Shown here piece after piece: positions 63,349-64,000 of a DNA stretch of 64,000 bases. Position numbers and translations under genes: made by a program. Every line of letters starts with the position of its first letter. Within the stretch, counting starts at the first letter, position 1. The stretch spans positions 11,284,001 through 11,348,000 of the forward strand of contig NC_135892.1 in NCBI RefSeq assembly GCF_964194155.1, read 5' to 3'. The notes under the pieces are model-generated. The model worked only from the letters and a program-made list of their open reading frames with translations, was not told the origin of the DNA and searched no databases. The DNA comes from Cetorhinus maximus. Lineage: Eukaryota.

Positions 63349-64000
63349 TGTAGTGATTATAGTCCTGATAAATGTAGGACTGTAGCTTTAAGAATAACCC
63401 TGTGTTGTAAGATCACATGATCTGTGTAAACCAATGAGTTAGCAGTGTGGGGATAGGATTCTTCTTTAGTTATAGAGCTTGATGCACACATGTCGTTGCT
63501 GTTGTCTTGTTAATAAAGTTAGATGTGTCCACCAAGAAAAGTTGCCTGGAAAATCAACTCTATAACAAACTGGCGACAAGGATAAATCAGATCTGGTGCT
63601 GCACCTCACCCAGTGATCATGAGCATCTAAGATAATTAAAAAGAAAGGAAAATATTCTCATCCGAGATGCCACAGTTTGACAGAAATGATCCCTTTCAAC
63701 CAGCCACAGATGACTGGTCTCAATACATAGAACGTCTTGCATTCTACTTTCAAGCCAATGAAATCACGAGGGAGGAAAAGAGGAGAGCGATTCTCCTGAG
63801 TATTCATGGGAGCAAAGCCTACGGTTTAATTTGAACAGTGCCCCTCATTCGAAGACTTTCAGTGAATTAGTAGACCTCATTAGGGGACATTTCTAACCCA
63901 AGCCCCCAGGCACAATGCAGGGGTTCAGGTTCAATTCATGGAATAGAGCCCAGGGAGAGACCATTGATACCTATGTGGCGAAATTAAAATGACTAACGGG
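63349..64000 (+). mobile_element. Gypsy LTR retrotransposon 5' end: short LTR (~63349-63567), PBS, decayed gag
   Basis: TGTAG...TAACA with internal AATAAA; PBS TGGCGACAAGGAT at 63571-63583; gag from ATG 63667. Confidence 0.85.
63667..64000 (+). pseudogene. Gypsy (Mag/K02A2.6-like) gag, disrupted
   Basis: MPQFDRNDPFQPATDDWSQYIERLAFYFQANEITREEKRRAILLSIHGSKAYGLI*, then SKTFSELVDLIRGHF*PKP..MQGFRFNSWNRAQGETIDTYVAKLK*. Confidence 0.85.

Overview
Repeat-rich vertebrate genomic DNA, very probably from a cartilaginous fish (inferred from the CR1/L2 LINE, DeuSINE, V-SINE and Penelope repertoire). Two spliced genes sit head-to-head on a ~780-bp CpG-rich bidirectional promoter (16481-17260). On +, a complete 4-coding-exon C1D gene (141 aa; 17261-37827). 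On -, five phase-consistent exons (16480 down to 4384) of an unrecognised gene with two cadherin-like beta-sandwich repeats, a U-box/degenerate RING-like domain and the start of a TRAF-type Zn finger. That gene probably continues beyond base 1. Two families of inverted-repeat Penelope-type elements carry minimal type-I hammerhead ribozyme cores (CUGANGA...GAAA, palindromic stem III, UH) in many copies. Also present: a 1310-bp solo LTR with a 4-bp TSD nested in one of these elements, two MITE families, a decayed Gypsy 5' end (LTR, tRNA-Ser PBS, gag), a G-rich minisatellite and several N gaps. Most ORFs in the supplied track are spurious. All calls were read by eye with no database search.
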